64,000 nt of DNA from an uncultured Spirochaetota bacterium (lineage in GTDB: Bacteria > Spirochaetota > Spirochaetia > SZUA-6 > Fen-1364), in assembly GCA_963845535.1 (NCBI GenBank), contig CAWJSK010000001.1, forward strand, positions 128,001 to 192,000, in the 5' to 3' direction. Below are positions 8,997 through 17,655 of the stretch, piece by piece. Under the pieces are notes generated by a model that did no database searches, had not been told where the DNA came from, and saw only the letters and a list, made by a program, of their open reading frames with translations. Each line of letters opens with the position of its first letter. Within the stretch, counting starts at the first letter, position 1. Both the position numbers and the translations under genes were made by a program.

Positions 8997-10765
8997 GCGC
9001 GCTCCTCCTTCACGAGGGAATCGATGGCATTACGAAGTCTTTGCTCCAGGTCCGCGCTCACGCGGGGAAAATCGGTCTCCGAGGAATCCCGAATGCGTGA
9101 AAGCTCTTCCCGCTCCGGCAGGGAAAGAATGCCGGCAAGGGGAACGTGATGATCCAGCGCGTTCTTTGCAGCATCATGAAAGGCAAGGAAGAGGGCGAGC
9201 ATCCCGCCGGCCTTGGAGAGGGAGCAGGTTGCATCCGTTTCCGACACGGCGCTCTGCTGGAGGAACCCTTCCCGCAGCATCCTGCTCACCTCCAGGAGCA
9301 TCCTGTCGTTTTCCTGCAGCGCGTCCGGGCCGACGAGCTGCACGACCTCCTGCAGCTCTGCCTCCTTCTGGAGGATCTCCATCATTCGGGCCCTGTTGGA
9401 CGGCCAGCTTGCGCTCACCTTTTCCCGGTACCACGGGGATAGCCGATCGAAATACAGGGTGTAGCTCTGATGCCAGTTGATGGCAGGGTAGTGGCGCCGA
9501 TGCGCAAGGGGAGAGTCCAGCGCCCATAAGGCACCCGTGACCCGCATCGTGCTCTGCGTCACGGGCTCCGAGAAGTCTCCGCCCGGCGGGGAGACCGCGC
9601 CGACAATCGTGATGGATCCGGTGATTTCCGGCCCGAGGCATTGCGCAGCCCCCGCGCGCTCGTAAAAGGATGCCAGCCTGGATGCGAGGTATGTCGGATA
9701 TCCTTCCTCACCCGGCATCTCCTCGAGACGGGAGGAGATTTCGCGCAGCGCCTCCGCCCAGCGGGAGGTGGAGTCCACCATGACGGCCACCGAGTACCCC
9801 ATGTCCCGGAAGTACTCAGCGATTGTAACGCCCACGAAAATGGAAGCCTCCCGGGCCGCCACTGGCATGTTGGATGTATTGACGATCAGAACAGTGCGGT
9901 CCATCAGCGGTCCGCCGGTCCGGGGGTCTTCCAGGTGCGGGAACTCGGTGAGGACGTCCGTCATCTCGTTGCCCCGCTCCCCGCACCCCACGTAGACGAT
10001 CAGGTCAGCCTCACTGAACTTGGCAAGGGACTGCTCCAGCACGGTCTTGCCCGTGCCGAACCCGCCGGGCAGGCAGGCAATTCCCCCGCGCGCAATGGGA
10101 AACAGGGAATCCAGGATCCGTTGGCCGGTTACGAATGGCTCCGAGGTGCTGATCTTGGTCCTGATGGGCCGTGGGACTTTTGCCGGCCACTTCTGGGCCA
10201 TGGGGATCTGCCTTCCATCTGCCAGCCGGGCCACGCAATCCAAGACGGTGAAGTCCCCTTCCCGGATCTCCGCCACCGTCCCGTTCACGCCGGGAGGCAG
10301 AAGGACCCTGTGCTCCAGCGCGGCCGTCTCCTGCACGCTGCCCAGGATGCTTCCCGGGCCCACGGCGTCTCCTGCCTGAACTGCGGGCTTGAAGTGCCAC
10401 AGCTTCTCCAGGGGCAGAGCATCCACGGAAAGCCCCCTGCCGATAAAGGGCCCGCTCTTTGTCTCCAGAACCCCAAGCGGCCGCTGGATACCGTCATAAA
10501 CGTTCCCCAGGAGCCCGGGCCCCAGGGTGATGAGCATGGGCTCACCGGTGCACAGGACCGGCTCTCCCACCGAGACCCCCGATGTGTCCTCATACGTCTG
10601 CACAAACGCAGTGTCCGCATCCAGTCGGATGATCTCTCCCAGAAGCCCGGCGCTCCCCACCCTGACCACTTCATGCATCCGGGCGCCGCTCACGGACCGG
10701 GCAATCACCATGGGCCCGGCAATCCTGGAAATCGTTCCTTGCATTGTTCCTGATGCATCACGCAT
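8993..10765 (-). CDS. atpA: V/A-type ATP synthase catalytic subunit A
   Basis: P-loop [49 protein letters not shown]. Start is 10765 or 10744. Confidence 0.97.
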   Translation of the reverse strand: MRDASGTMQGTISRIAGPMVIARSVSGARMHEVVRVGSAGLLGEIIRLDADTAFVQTYEDTSGVSVGEPVLCTGEPMLITLGPGLLGNVYDGIQRPLGVLETKSGPFIGRGLSVDALPLEKLWHFKPAVQAGDAVGPGSILGSVQETAALEHRVLLPPGVNGTVAEIREGDFTVLDCVARLADGRQIPMAQKWPAKVPRPIRTKISTSEPFVTGQRILDSLFPIARGGIACLPGGFGTGKTVLEQSLAKFSEADLIVYVGCGERGNEMTDVLTEFPHLEDPRTGGPLMDRTVLIVNTSNMPVAAREASIFVGVTIAEYFRDMGYSVAVMVDSTSRWAEALREISSRLEEMPGEEGYPTYLASRLASFYERAGAAQCLGPEITGSITIVGAVSPPGGDFSEPVTQSTMRVTGALWALDSPLAHRRHYPAINWHQSYTLYFDRLSPWYREKVSASWPSNRARMMEILQKEAELQEVVQLVGPDALQENDRMLLEVSRMLREGFLQQSAVSETDATCSLSKAGGMLALFLAFHDAAKNALDHHVPLAGILSLPEREELSRIRDSSETDFPRVSADLEQRLRNAIDSLVKEERA

Positions 10766-10777
10766 GTTGAGCCAGCC

Positions 10778-11113
10778 TCATATCTTGACGTTGAGCTGAT
10801 ACCCCACGGCGCGCCTGATCAGGGCGGCCACGTATTCATCACCCTTCATTTCTTCCACTTCGCCCCATTGCAGCTCGCCGGGAAGGAGAACGATGAGGGG
10901 AATGATCCGCTGGAGCAAGGAGTCCCGCTCCCGTTCGGACAGGGACTGCAGCAACTCCTCTTCCAGGATCAGAATGCCGCAGTCCCGGTTTTCCGCTGAG
11001 GCAAGGATTGCGTCCCGGGCCGCGCTTCCGGCAGCCGCCACCTCAACGTGCGCCCCGGCAAGGGAGAAACCCGCGCCGAGACCCTCACCGAGAACCCCGC
11101 GCACGCTATACAA
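10778..11113 (-). CDS. atpF: V/A-type ATP synthase subunit F
   Basis: GFSLAGA...GILILEE...PLIVLLP...IRRAVG. Likely TTG start at 11113 with GGAAGGAG 7 nt upstream. Lies between C and A. Confidence 0.88.
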   Translation of the reverse strand: MYSVRGVLGEGLGAGFSLAGAHVEVAAAGSAARDAILASAENRDCGILILEEELLQSLSERERDSLLQRIIPLIVLLPGELQWGEVEEMKGDEYVAALIRRAVGYQLNVKI

Positions 11114-12173
11114 GGAGCAGCTCCTTCCTGATTGCATTCACCGGCACGTGCGCGCTTTTTCCCCGGCACAGAGCGCGCAGGTTCACCGTCTCGTTGTATT
11201 TCCGCCACAGGTAGCCCAGGGCCACGGCAATGCTGAGAGGGTCCTCCCTGTACAGCCTGCAGCCCGCCCGGATCACCAGCTCCTCCAGGTACCTTTCCAT
11301 CACTCCGAGGCTGCGGGATTCCCCGTATGCCAGAATCCCTTTTTCGATGCCGGGAGCGAAATACGATTCGTCCAACGCAGAGAACGCGTCCTCCAGCGTG
11401 GCGCACCCCGCCACGCGAAGGAGAAACCTGTCCTTGAGGCGTCCGCCCGGGATGGGGTCCAGGGTTTCCGCCGGCTCCTTTGGGTCCCTGAGCCGGACCA
11501 TATCGAGGGCCGCCGTGATGTTTGCCAGGTCGATCTGTTGCCGCAGAAGGGACCGCACGATCCTCCTGTTCTCTCTGTCGGAGCCCTCCGCCCCCAAGGC
11601 CTGGCGGAAGTACGCCCGATACATTTTCTTGGCCGCCGCGCCGGTGGAAACTCCACGCCCGGGGTCCGCGCCTGGCTTCCTGGCCATCGCACGGTACAGC
11701 TCGAAGGCAAAAGGGTAATTCCACGTCACAAGCTTTCTGGCGAGCAGGACCGGATCAGCGCTCGCGGCGAGCTCCAATAACTGCGCTTCGGAAAGGGCGC
11801 CTGCAGGCAGCAGCGCTGAGGCCACCTCCCGCGGCGTGGCCCGCCCCTGGATGCCCCTCAGTACCGCAAGCACATTCTGCAGGTCCCATCGTGCAAGCTG
11901 CGTATCCAGCAGAGCACGGGGACCTGGGGGAGCCATTGTGCGCACGCGGGAAAAGCAGCGGACCAGGTCCTGGCGGAGTGCCCACTCGATGGCGGAGATT
12001 CCCGCGCGCTGCGCAAGGCCTTGCCGGAGCAGGGGGCCGTACGGGGAGGCCAGAAGCGCATCAAAGGGCAATTCCTCCGCGTCCATGCCGAGAATTTGCT
12101 CGAAGAAGTCGACGGGAAGGATCTCCGCGCCCATGGCCCTGACCCGGGCGTTCAGATAGTCACATTCACTCAT
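11106..12173 (-). CDS. atpC: V/A-type ATP synthase subunit C (d)
   Basis: YLNARVRAM, RWDLQNV, QIDLANI, YLWRKYNETVNLRAL. 355 aa. Confidence 0.92.
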   Translation of the reverse strand: MSECDYLNARVRAMGAEILPVDFFEQILGMDAEELPFDALLASPYGPLLRQGLAQRAGISAIEWALRQDLVRCFSRVRTMAPPGPRALLDTQLARWDLQNVLAVLRGIQGRATPREVASALLPAGALSEAQLLELAASADPVLLARKLVTWNYPFAFELYRAMARKPGADPGRGVSTGAAAKKMYRAYFRQALGAEGSDRENRRIVRSLLRQQIDLANITAALDMVRLRDPKEPAETLDPIPGGRLKDRFLLRVAGCATLEDAFSALDESYFAPGIEKGILAYGESRSLGVMERYLEELVIRAGCRLYREDPLSIAVALGYLWRKYNETVNLRALCRGKSAHVPVNAIRKELLLV

Positions 12174-12756
12174 TGAGGCATTTCGCGACAGGGGTCTCCA
12201 GAACCTGGAGCGCCATGGCCAGCCGCACCCTGAGGCTGTTGTCCACCTTTACCGTGCCGCCCGCATCGAAGACGACCACTGAGCCCCGCGGGAGATCATC
12301 TTCCGTGAGCGTGCACTCCGTCCCCATCTCCCGGAGGGCTTTCCTGCACACCTCAGCATCCGCGCGGGAAACGCATACGCGGCCGGGCTTGGGGATTCTT
12401 TGCATGGCCTCACCGAGAAGGGCCTTCAGAACATCGGAATACCGGGGAGACCCAACCAGGGCAGCGAGGCGCTCCTCCGCGATCTCGAAGACGCGCTGGT
12501 AAACGCTCCGCACCCCTGCCGTCCTTTCTGCATCAGCCTCCATGCGGGCGCGTCCGAGGAGCCGATCCTCATCCACGCGCGCCTGCTTCTCCATGATCCG
12601 CGCGGCTTCCTCCGCGGCCTGCTGCGCGCGCCGCTCAACGTCTGCCAGGATTTCCCGTGCCCTGGCGCGCGCCTCCGAAAGGATGCTCTCCCTTTCTCCC
12701 GAAGCTTCCCGACCGATCTCCGCGATGAGAGCCGCGGCCTCCACGTCCTGGTTCAC
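12166..12756 (-). CDS. atpE: V/A-type ATP synthase subunit E
   Basis: N-terminal coiled coil, C-terminal GSVVV...VKVDNSL..RL, and operon position. Confidence 0.88.
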   Translation of the reverse strand: MNQDVEAAALIAEIGREASGERESILSEARARAREILADVERRAQQAAEEAARIMEKQARVDEDRLLGRARMEADAERTAGVRSVYQRVFEIAEERLAALVGSPRYSDVLKALLGEAMQRIPKPGRVCVSRADAEVCRKALREMGTECTLTEDDLPRGSVVVFDAGGTVKVDNSLRVRLAMALQVLETPVAKCLNE

Positions 12757-13088
12757 AGGGCGAAGATCAGGACGACGGCCACCACGAACCCGAGGATGAC
12801 CATCGTTTCAGGGATGGCAATCAGCAGGATGACTGTCCCGGCGGCATCCGGCTTTTCCGCTATGGTTCCGCACCCCGCCGCGCCGATCCTGCTCTGGGCG
12901 ATTGCGGTGCCAAGCGCGGGCAAGCCGATTGCGAGCGCGGCCGCAAGGGCTATCAGCGCGGTCGGGATAGTGCGCTCCTTCACCGGCGCGGCGGCCTGGG
13001 TTCCCTCTTCTGCCCACGCGGCCCCGGCGCCGATGACGGTCAGGAGCAGCACCACAATGGTAGACACCACGAACCGATGTGCATTCAT
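12753..13088 (-). CDS. atpK: V/A-type ATP synthase proteolipid subunit K (single hairpin with an N-terminal signal-like segment)
   Basis: GTAIAQSRIGAAGCGTIAEKP...IAIPETMVILGFVVA with the conserved ion-binding Glu. Confidence 0.93.
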   Translation of the reverse strand: MNAHRFVVSTIVVLLLTVIGAGAAWAEEGTQAAAPVKERTIPTALIALAAALAIGLPALGTAIAQSRIGAAGCGTIAEKPDAAGTVILLIAIPETMVILGFVVAVVLIFAL

Positions 13089-15043
13089 GCGAGCTCACCT
13101 CCGATCTTTCGAAGCGGAGAGAATCTTCTCCCGCCGCTCTGGTAAAACTTCGAGAAGAACTCCACGTATTGCAGGCGAAGGCCCTGGATGGTCGGGTCTA
13201 TGATGCCCAGGGCGAGATTGAGGCTGTGGATCAAGACCACCACGACAAAGGCGAGCGCGACGTTCGGGATCATCTGGGAAAACAATCTGGCGAGCAGGGC
13301 CAGTACCACGGAGGCGAGGCCGATTGCCATGATCCGCGCGTAAGAAAGAATGTTTCCGACCGTGCTGAGGACTTCCAGGGGAAGAAGAAGCCCGTGCGAA
13401 GGTCTCCTGACGATCTGGTAACCGAGCACGGCAGCAAAGAGAACTGCCGCTCCGATCACTGCGATTCCGAAGGACGGAGGGAGGAATCCCATCATGCGGC
13501 CCACCACGAGGAGGAGGAGGAGGATTCCGAGGATCCGCGCAATGCTGTCCCATGCGTCGGCAGCGTGGTGTTTCCGCCTGGCCGTAAGCACGCCGAGAAG
13601 GAGGCCGAGGAGGATCTGGAAGATCCCCAGGGCGATTGCCACGTACAGATAGCCCAGAATCTGCGCGGACATGTCCCCCCGTCCCACGGCGAGGCGTTCG
13701 TGCCACAGCGGCCGCAGTCCGACCAGCTGGCCCAGGGTGCCGAAAAGCTCCCCGAATACGAATCCGAAAGCGATTGTCCAGAGCGCGCAGACGGAGAAAA
13801 TCACTGAGATCATCCTGAGGAGAGATCCTTTCCTGGAGAGAAGGAACAGGACCGCGGAAAGACAAAGGAGGAGGGCGCCATAGCCAACGTCTCCCAGCAT
13901 GAGCCCGAAGATCAGCGGGAAGAAGATGGAAAGGCCGATGGTCGGATCTATTGTACCGTATTCGGGAAGCGAGAGAATGCTCAAGAGAGGCTCGAAGAAC
14001 TTCGAAGGACGAGGATTTTGCAGGAGCACGGGCGGCATTCCCATCTCCAGCGCCTTCAGCGCACGGGATACAACGGAGGGCCCAAGGGCGGAAAGCAGCC
14101 GCCCGTCCAGGCCCGCCAGTCCCTGCCGCGCGATCCATCCCCTGATGACAAAGGTGTAGGCGGTCCGCGCGAACTTTGGGAAACTGTCATACCGGGCAAG
14201 GAGGTTCCTGCAAGCGTACTGCATTGCGAGAAGGCAGGGGCCGTTCTCTTCATAGAAGGTTTCCGCCTGGGACTGCAGCTCCTTCAGACTCTCCCGCAGT
14301 CCGGTGAGCTCTCCGGAAAGGCCGGTGAAGACCTCCACGAAAGGCCGCTCACGCGCCCCGGCCGGAAGCATCATCTCCGCGATTCCGGCGCGGGCCAGAA
14401 ATGCCCGCACCGCGGCGCTGCTTCCTTGGGGAATGCCGATGAGCGCCGCGGTCCTGCCCCTGCTGAGGCCGGTGGGATGGAAGGTGTAGTTCCCTTGCGT
14501 CAGAGTGGTGAGCTCTTTCACGAGCAGCGTCTTTGCGAGCCTGTTGGCGTCCTCAAAGATCACCCCGAGGTGCTCCAGGTCCCCCGAAAGCTCCCCCGTC
14601 TGGACCAGGGGAGCCAGCCCGCGCACCACCTCCTCATAGGCGGACAGCAACTGGATGTCTTCCCGCATGTTGCTTTCCCGGCGCGCAAACGATCGCACCC
14701 GCGCGTGAAGAGCCTGGGCCGTTGCATTCATTGCCGCAACGGGCTGGCCGTCCCAGCGCCGGTATTGCCCGGCCAAGGCTGGCGAGGTCTGCACCCGGCT
14801 GAGAACAGGGGCAGGCAGCCGTGAAAGGGATTCTTCCAGCGTGCGGGACAGCCCTTCACACTGCTCTTTCTCAGCGAGCTCAGACTCGGAGAGATGGATG
14901 CGGTGAAGCGGCTTTTCTCCGTTCTTTCCGGTGAGGGGGATTTCCTCAATGTGAAGGACACCGGCGTCCTGAATTGCCGAAACGGTCCGATCGAAAAGCG
15001 GCAGGGGTCCCATGATCTCCACACAGGACATCCGGGCGATCAT
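13085..15043 (-). CDS. atpI: V/A-type ATP synthase subunit I (a)
   Basis: 652 aa. PEYGTIDPT, FGLMLGDVGYG, LSYARIMAIGL (essential Arg), LRLQYVEFFSKFY. Confidence 0.95.
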   Translation of the reverse strand: MIARMSCVEIMGPLPLFDRTVSAIQDAGVLHIEEIPLTGKNGEKPLHRIHLSESELAEKEQCEGLSRTLEESLSRLPAPVLSRVQTSPALAGQYRRWDGQPVAAMNATAQALHARVRSFARRESNMREDIQLLSAYEEVVRGLAPLVQTGELSGDLEHLGVIFEDANRLAKTLLVKELTTLTQGNYTFHPTGLSRGRTAALIGIPQGSSAAVRAFLARAGIAEMMLPAGARERPFVEVFTGLSGELTGLRESLKELQSQAETFYEENGPCLLAMQYACRNLLARYDSFPKFARTAYTFVIRGWIARQGLAGLDGRLLSALGPSVVSRALKALEMGMPPVLLQNPRPSKFFEPLLSILSLPEYGTIDPTIGLSIFFPLIFGLMLGDVGYGALLLCLSAVLFLLSRKGSLLRMISVIFSVCALWTIAFGFVFGELFGTLGQLVGLRPLWHERLAVGRGDMSAQILGYLYVAIALGIFQILLGLLLGVLTARRKHHAADAWDSIARILGILLLLLVVGRMMGFLPPSFGIAVIGAAVLFAAVLGYQIVRRPSHGLLLPLEVLSTVGNILSYARIMAIGLASVVLALLARLFSQMIPNVALAFVVVVLIHSLNLALGIIDPTIQGLRLQYVEFFSKFYQSGGRRFSPLRKIGGELA

Positions 15044-15387
15044 TCGGAAGCCCCCGGCCAGACCGCGGAAACGACCAGCGCCGCAGCGCGTTCGCAGTTC
15101 TCCTGCGCTTTTTTCAGAAGACCCCTGGTCAGGACGGCAAGCTCTTCCCTGAGGGCATTCGCGCGCCGGGTGCTTTCCTGCAGAAGCACGGCGCGGCGCT
15201 GCTCCATGAGAGCGGGCAGCTCTTCCGCCGCCTTCCGCGCCATTTCCGCGGCGGCCTTCTCAGCGTCCGCGATGATCTGACGGGCCTCAGCTCGAGCCTC
15301 ATCCAAAGAGACTTTGAGCCTGTCTTCCTCCTGGGAGATAGTCGGAACGAGGGAATCTTTTTCTTCTCGGTCAGTAACGTGTTTCAA
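15040..15387 (-). CDS. V/A-type ATP synthase peripheral stalk subunit G (archaeal H)
   Basis: Short Ala/Glu/Arg-rich coiled coil (EARAEARQIIADAEK). First gene of the operon, with its stop overlapping the subunit I start. Confidence 0.75.
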   Translation of the reverse strand: MKHVTDREEKDSLVPTISQEEDRLKVSLDEARAEARQIIADAEKAAAEMARKAAEELPALMEQRRAVLLQESTRRANALREELAVLTRGLLKKAQENCERAAALVVSAVWPGASE

Positions 15388-15451
15388 GGTAAATCAGCGT
15401 TACGACCCTCTGCTGCTACATTCTTTCATGCTGACTACGAGGGGCAGAAAA

Positions 15452-15480
15452 ATGGTAACACAAGCCGCGGCGGACCGCAA
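15452..15480 (-). promoter_or_regulatory. Putative sigma70 promoter of the V/A-ATPase operon
   Basis: Minus strand TTGCGG-N17-TACCAT with extended TGn. Confidence 0.5.
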
Positions 15481-15483
15481 GGA

Positions 15484-15666
15484 TTATCGCTTCAGAGCAG
15501 AAAAAAACCCCCTGATCTTGTCAACGCTTGTGATGTAACGCAGCTCCTCCGCGATGGTTCCGAACTTTCTCTTGTCACCCGCGGATTGCAGCCCTATGAC
15601 CCGCTCCACCTGCTCCGGCGACATTGCGCCGATGCGAACAAGGAACTCACCGATTTTCTCTGACAC
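15484..15666 (-). CDS. Stand-alone MshEN-like small protein (60 aa), candidate c-di-GMP binder
   Basis: GTG start at 15666 with AGGAGG upstream. KIGEFLVRIGAMSPEQVERVIGLQ followed by RKFGTIAEELRYIT resembles the tandem RLGxxLxxxG...LxxQ motif. Confidence 0.65.
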   Translation of the reverse strand: MSEKIGEFLVRIGAMSPEQVERVIGLQSAGDKRKFGTIAEELRYITSVDKIRGFFSALKR

Positions 15667-15696
15667 CTTGAGCCTCCTGGCCCGTCGGCGAAGAGA

Positions 15697-15724
15697 ATTG
15701 TACCACATCCTGGCGCCGCGTCAA
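15697..15724 (-). promoter_or_regulatory. Putative sigma70 promoter of the MshEN-like gene
   Basis: Minus strand TTGACG-N16-TACAAT with extended TGn. Confidence 0.55.
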
Positions 15725-15751
15725 CGCGAAGAAAAACAACGCGAAGAAAAA
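15722..15751. repeat. Perfect 15-bp tandem repeat (CAACGCGAAGAAAAA)x2 in the divergent promoter region
   Basis: Read directly at 15722-15736 and 15737-15751. Confidence 0.85.
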
Positions 15752-15783
15752 GCTTGCGCATTTTGCGCTTTTGGTTGTAGAAT

Positions 15784-15800
15784 AACTCATCAGATGAGTT
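15784..15800. promoter_or_regulatory. Perfect palindrome, candidate GntR operator
   Basis: AACTCATC-A-GATGAGTT lies immediately downstream of TAGAAT(15778-15783) and upstream of the GntR start. Confidence 0.65.
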
Positions 15801-15810
15801 GAGGTGTAGA

Positions 15811-16569
15811 ATGCCAGCAACGCGCTCCCTCCGCATCCACAAGACCTCCGCCGTGCAGCAGGCAATCGAGGGCCTGAAGATATACATCCGTGATCGAAGT
15901 CGCGGAGGCGCCGCACGCCTGCCCTCGGAAGCGGAACTTTCGGGAATCCTCGGGATCAGCCGCCTGACCATCCGCGAGGCCCTCGTTGTCCTGGAGCGCG
16001 ACGGGCTGGTTACCCGCTCTCACGGCAAGGCGACGGTCATCAACGGCTTTCTCCGGCACCTTTCCTGCCGAATCGACACGGACCGTGACATCGACGCGTT
16101 CCTGGAGTCCCAGGGATACAAGACCCACTCCCGCGTCCTTTCCCATCGCTGGCGCGCCTCGACGGCGCATGAGGCGTCAAGGCTCGACATCGACGCGGGA
16201 GAAGAGATCCTGGTGGTGGAAAAAGTCTTCATGGCGGACACCTTGCCCGTGGCGTTGTACGTGGACCGGGTGCCCCGGCGCCTGCTGCGTGACGAAAGCT
16301 TCTCAGAGCAGGATTTCGCGGGATCGATGTTCCCGCTCGTAGAGGACGCCTGCCGGTGCCGTATTACCCACGACGTTGTGGAGCTTGCGCCGACCCTGGC
16401 GGACGTCAGGATTGCCGCCCTCTTCAGCGTTCAGCGACGCGCGCCCATCCTGCGCACGGACGTCCTCGAGTATGCAGAGGACGGGAGGGTGATCATGTAC
16501 AACACCGAGTATTACCACGATACGTTCATCCGTTTCACGTTGTGTCGGACCATCCAGTTCTCGTCCTGA
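15811..16569 (+). CDS. GntR-family (HutC/UTRA) transcriptional regulator
   Basis: RLPSEAELSGILGISRLTIREAL..LERDGLVTRSHGKAT HTH with a C-terminal UTRA-like domain. ATG 15811 follows GAGG. Confidence 0.92.
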   Translation: MPATRSLRIHKTSAVQQAIEGLKIYIRDRSRGGAARLPSEAELSGILGISRLTIREALVVLERDGLVTRSHGKATVINGFLRHLSCRIDTDRDIDAFLESQGYKTHSRVLSHRWRASTAHEASRLDIDAGEEILVVEKVFMADTLPVALYVDRVPRRLLRDESFSEQDFAGSMFPLVEDACRCRITHDVVELAPTLADVRIAALFSVQRRAPILRTDVLEYAEDGRVIMYNTEYYHDTFIRFTLCRTIQFSS

Positions 16570-16587
16570 GGACGCAAAGGAGGGAGT

Positions 16588-17604
16588 ATGAAAAACATGA
16601 AGAGTCTTTTTCCCCTGGCGATGTGCGCCGCGCTCGTCGTGGCGGGGCTCCTGGCCCCGGCAGCGGCAGACGCCCAGGCCAAGCCGCACCTGCGGGTAGG
16701 TTTGCTCACCGGGGTGGCCGGTCTGGGCGACAAGTCCTTCAATGACCTCGCGTATGACGGGGCAAAGAAGGCCGAATCCGAGCTGGGAATCATGCTCAAG
16801 GTGGTCGAGCCCCCGGATCTGGCCTCCGAAGAGGGGCTTCTCCGCAGCCTGGCCAAAGCCGGCAATGACCTGGTGATCGGCGTCGGCTTCGACATGGCGG
16901 ATCCGATCAAGAAGGTGTCCGACGAGTTTCCCTCGACGCTCTTCGCGGTGGTCGATGCGGTGGTGGACAAGCCGAACGTCGCGTCCCTCGTTTTCCAGGA
17001 GCATGAAGGCTCGTTCCTCGTCGGGGCGGTCGCGGCAATGATGAGCAAGACCGGAAAAGTGGGCGTCATCCCCGCCATGGACATCCCGTTCCTCAACCGG
17101 TTCACGAAGGCCTACGAGCAGGGGGCGAAGTACATATCGCCCGGCATCAAGGTTGTCGTTCAGCCCATCGGCTCGGACTTCGGCGCGTTCAACGATCCGG
17201 CGCGCTGCAAGAGCATTGCACTGTCCATGTACAGCCAGGGCGTGGACGTGATCTACCACGCCGCGGGAGGATCGGGCTCTGGGCTTTTCGAGGCGGCAAA
17301 GCAGGTGCACAAGTACGCCATCGGGTGCAACTCGGACCAGGACTACATGGCGGAAGGGCTCGTTCTCACCTCGATGATGAAGCGGGTGGACGTTGCGGTC
17401 TTTGATGCCATCAAGACCGCCCGGGACGGCACCTTCAAGCCGGGGATCCATTCCTATGGCGTTGCAAACGGCGGGATCGGGGTCAGCGAGATGAAGTACA
17501 CGAAGTCCCTGATCGGGGCAGCCAACCTGGCCCGCATCGAGGCGCTGAAGAAGGACATCATCGACGGCAAGATCAAGGTCGTCGACGCTCTTGCCTCGAA
17601 ATAG
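16588..17604 (+). CDS. BMP-family ABC transporter substrate-binding protein (nucleoside type)
   Basis: GDKSFNDLAYDG, FQEHEGSFLVG, DVIYHAAGGSGSG, LTSMMKRVD. N-terminal signal peptide. Confidence 0.93.
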   Translation: MKNMKSLFPLAMCAALVVAGLLAPAAADAQAKPHLRVGLLTGVAGLGDKSFNDLAYDGAKKAESELGIMLKVVEPPDLASEEGLLRSLAKAGNDLVIGVGFDMADPIKKVSDEFPSTLFAVVDAVVDKPNVASLVFQEHEGSFLVGAVAAMMSKTGKVGVIPAMDIPFLNRFTKAYEQGAKYISPGIKVVVQPIGSDFGAFNDPARCKSIALSMYSQGVDVIYHAAGGSGSGLFEAAKQVHKYAIGCNSDQDYMAEGLVLTSMMKRVDVAVFDAIKTARDGTFKPGIHSYGVANGGIGVSEMKYTKSLIGAANLARIEALKKDIIDGKIKVVDALASK

Positions 17605-17655
17605 GATCAGGATCCCGCGGGGCCGGACCATGCTGCGAGACTCGGGAAGCACATC

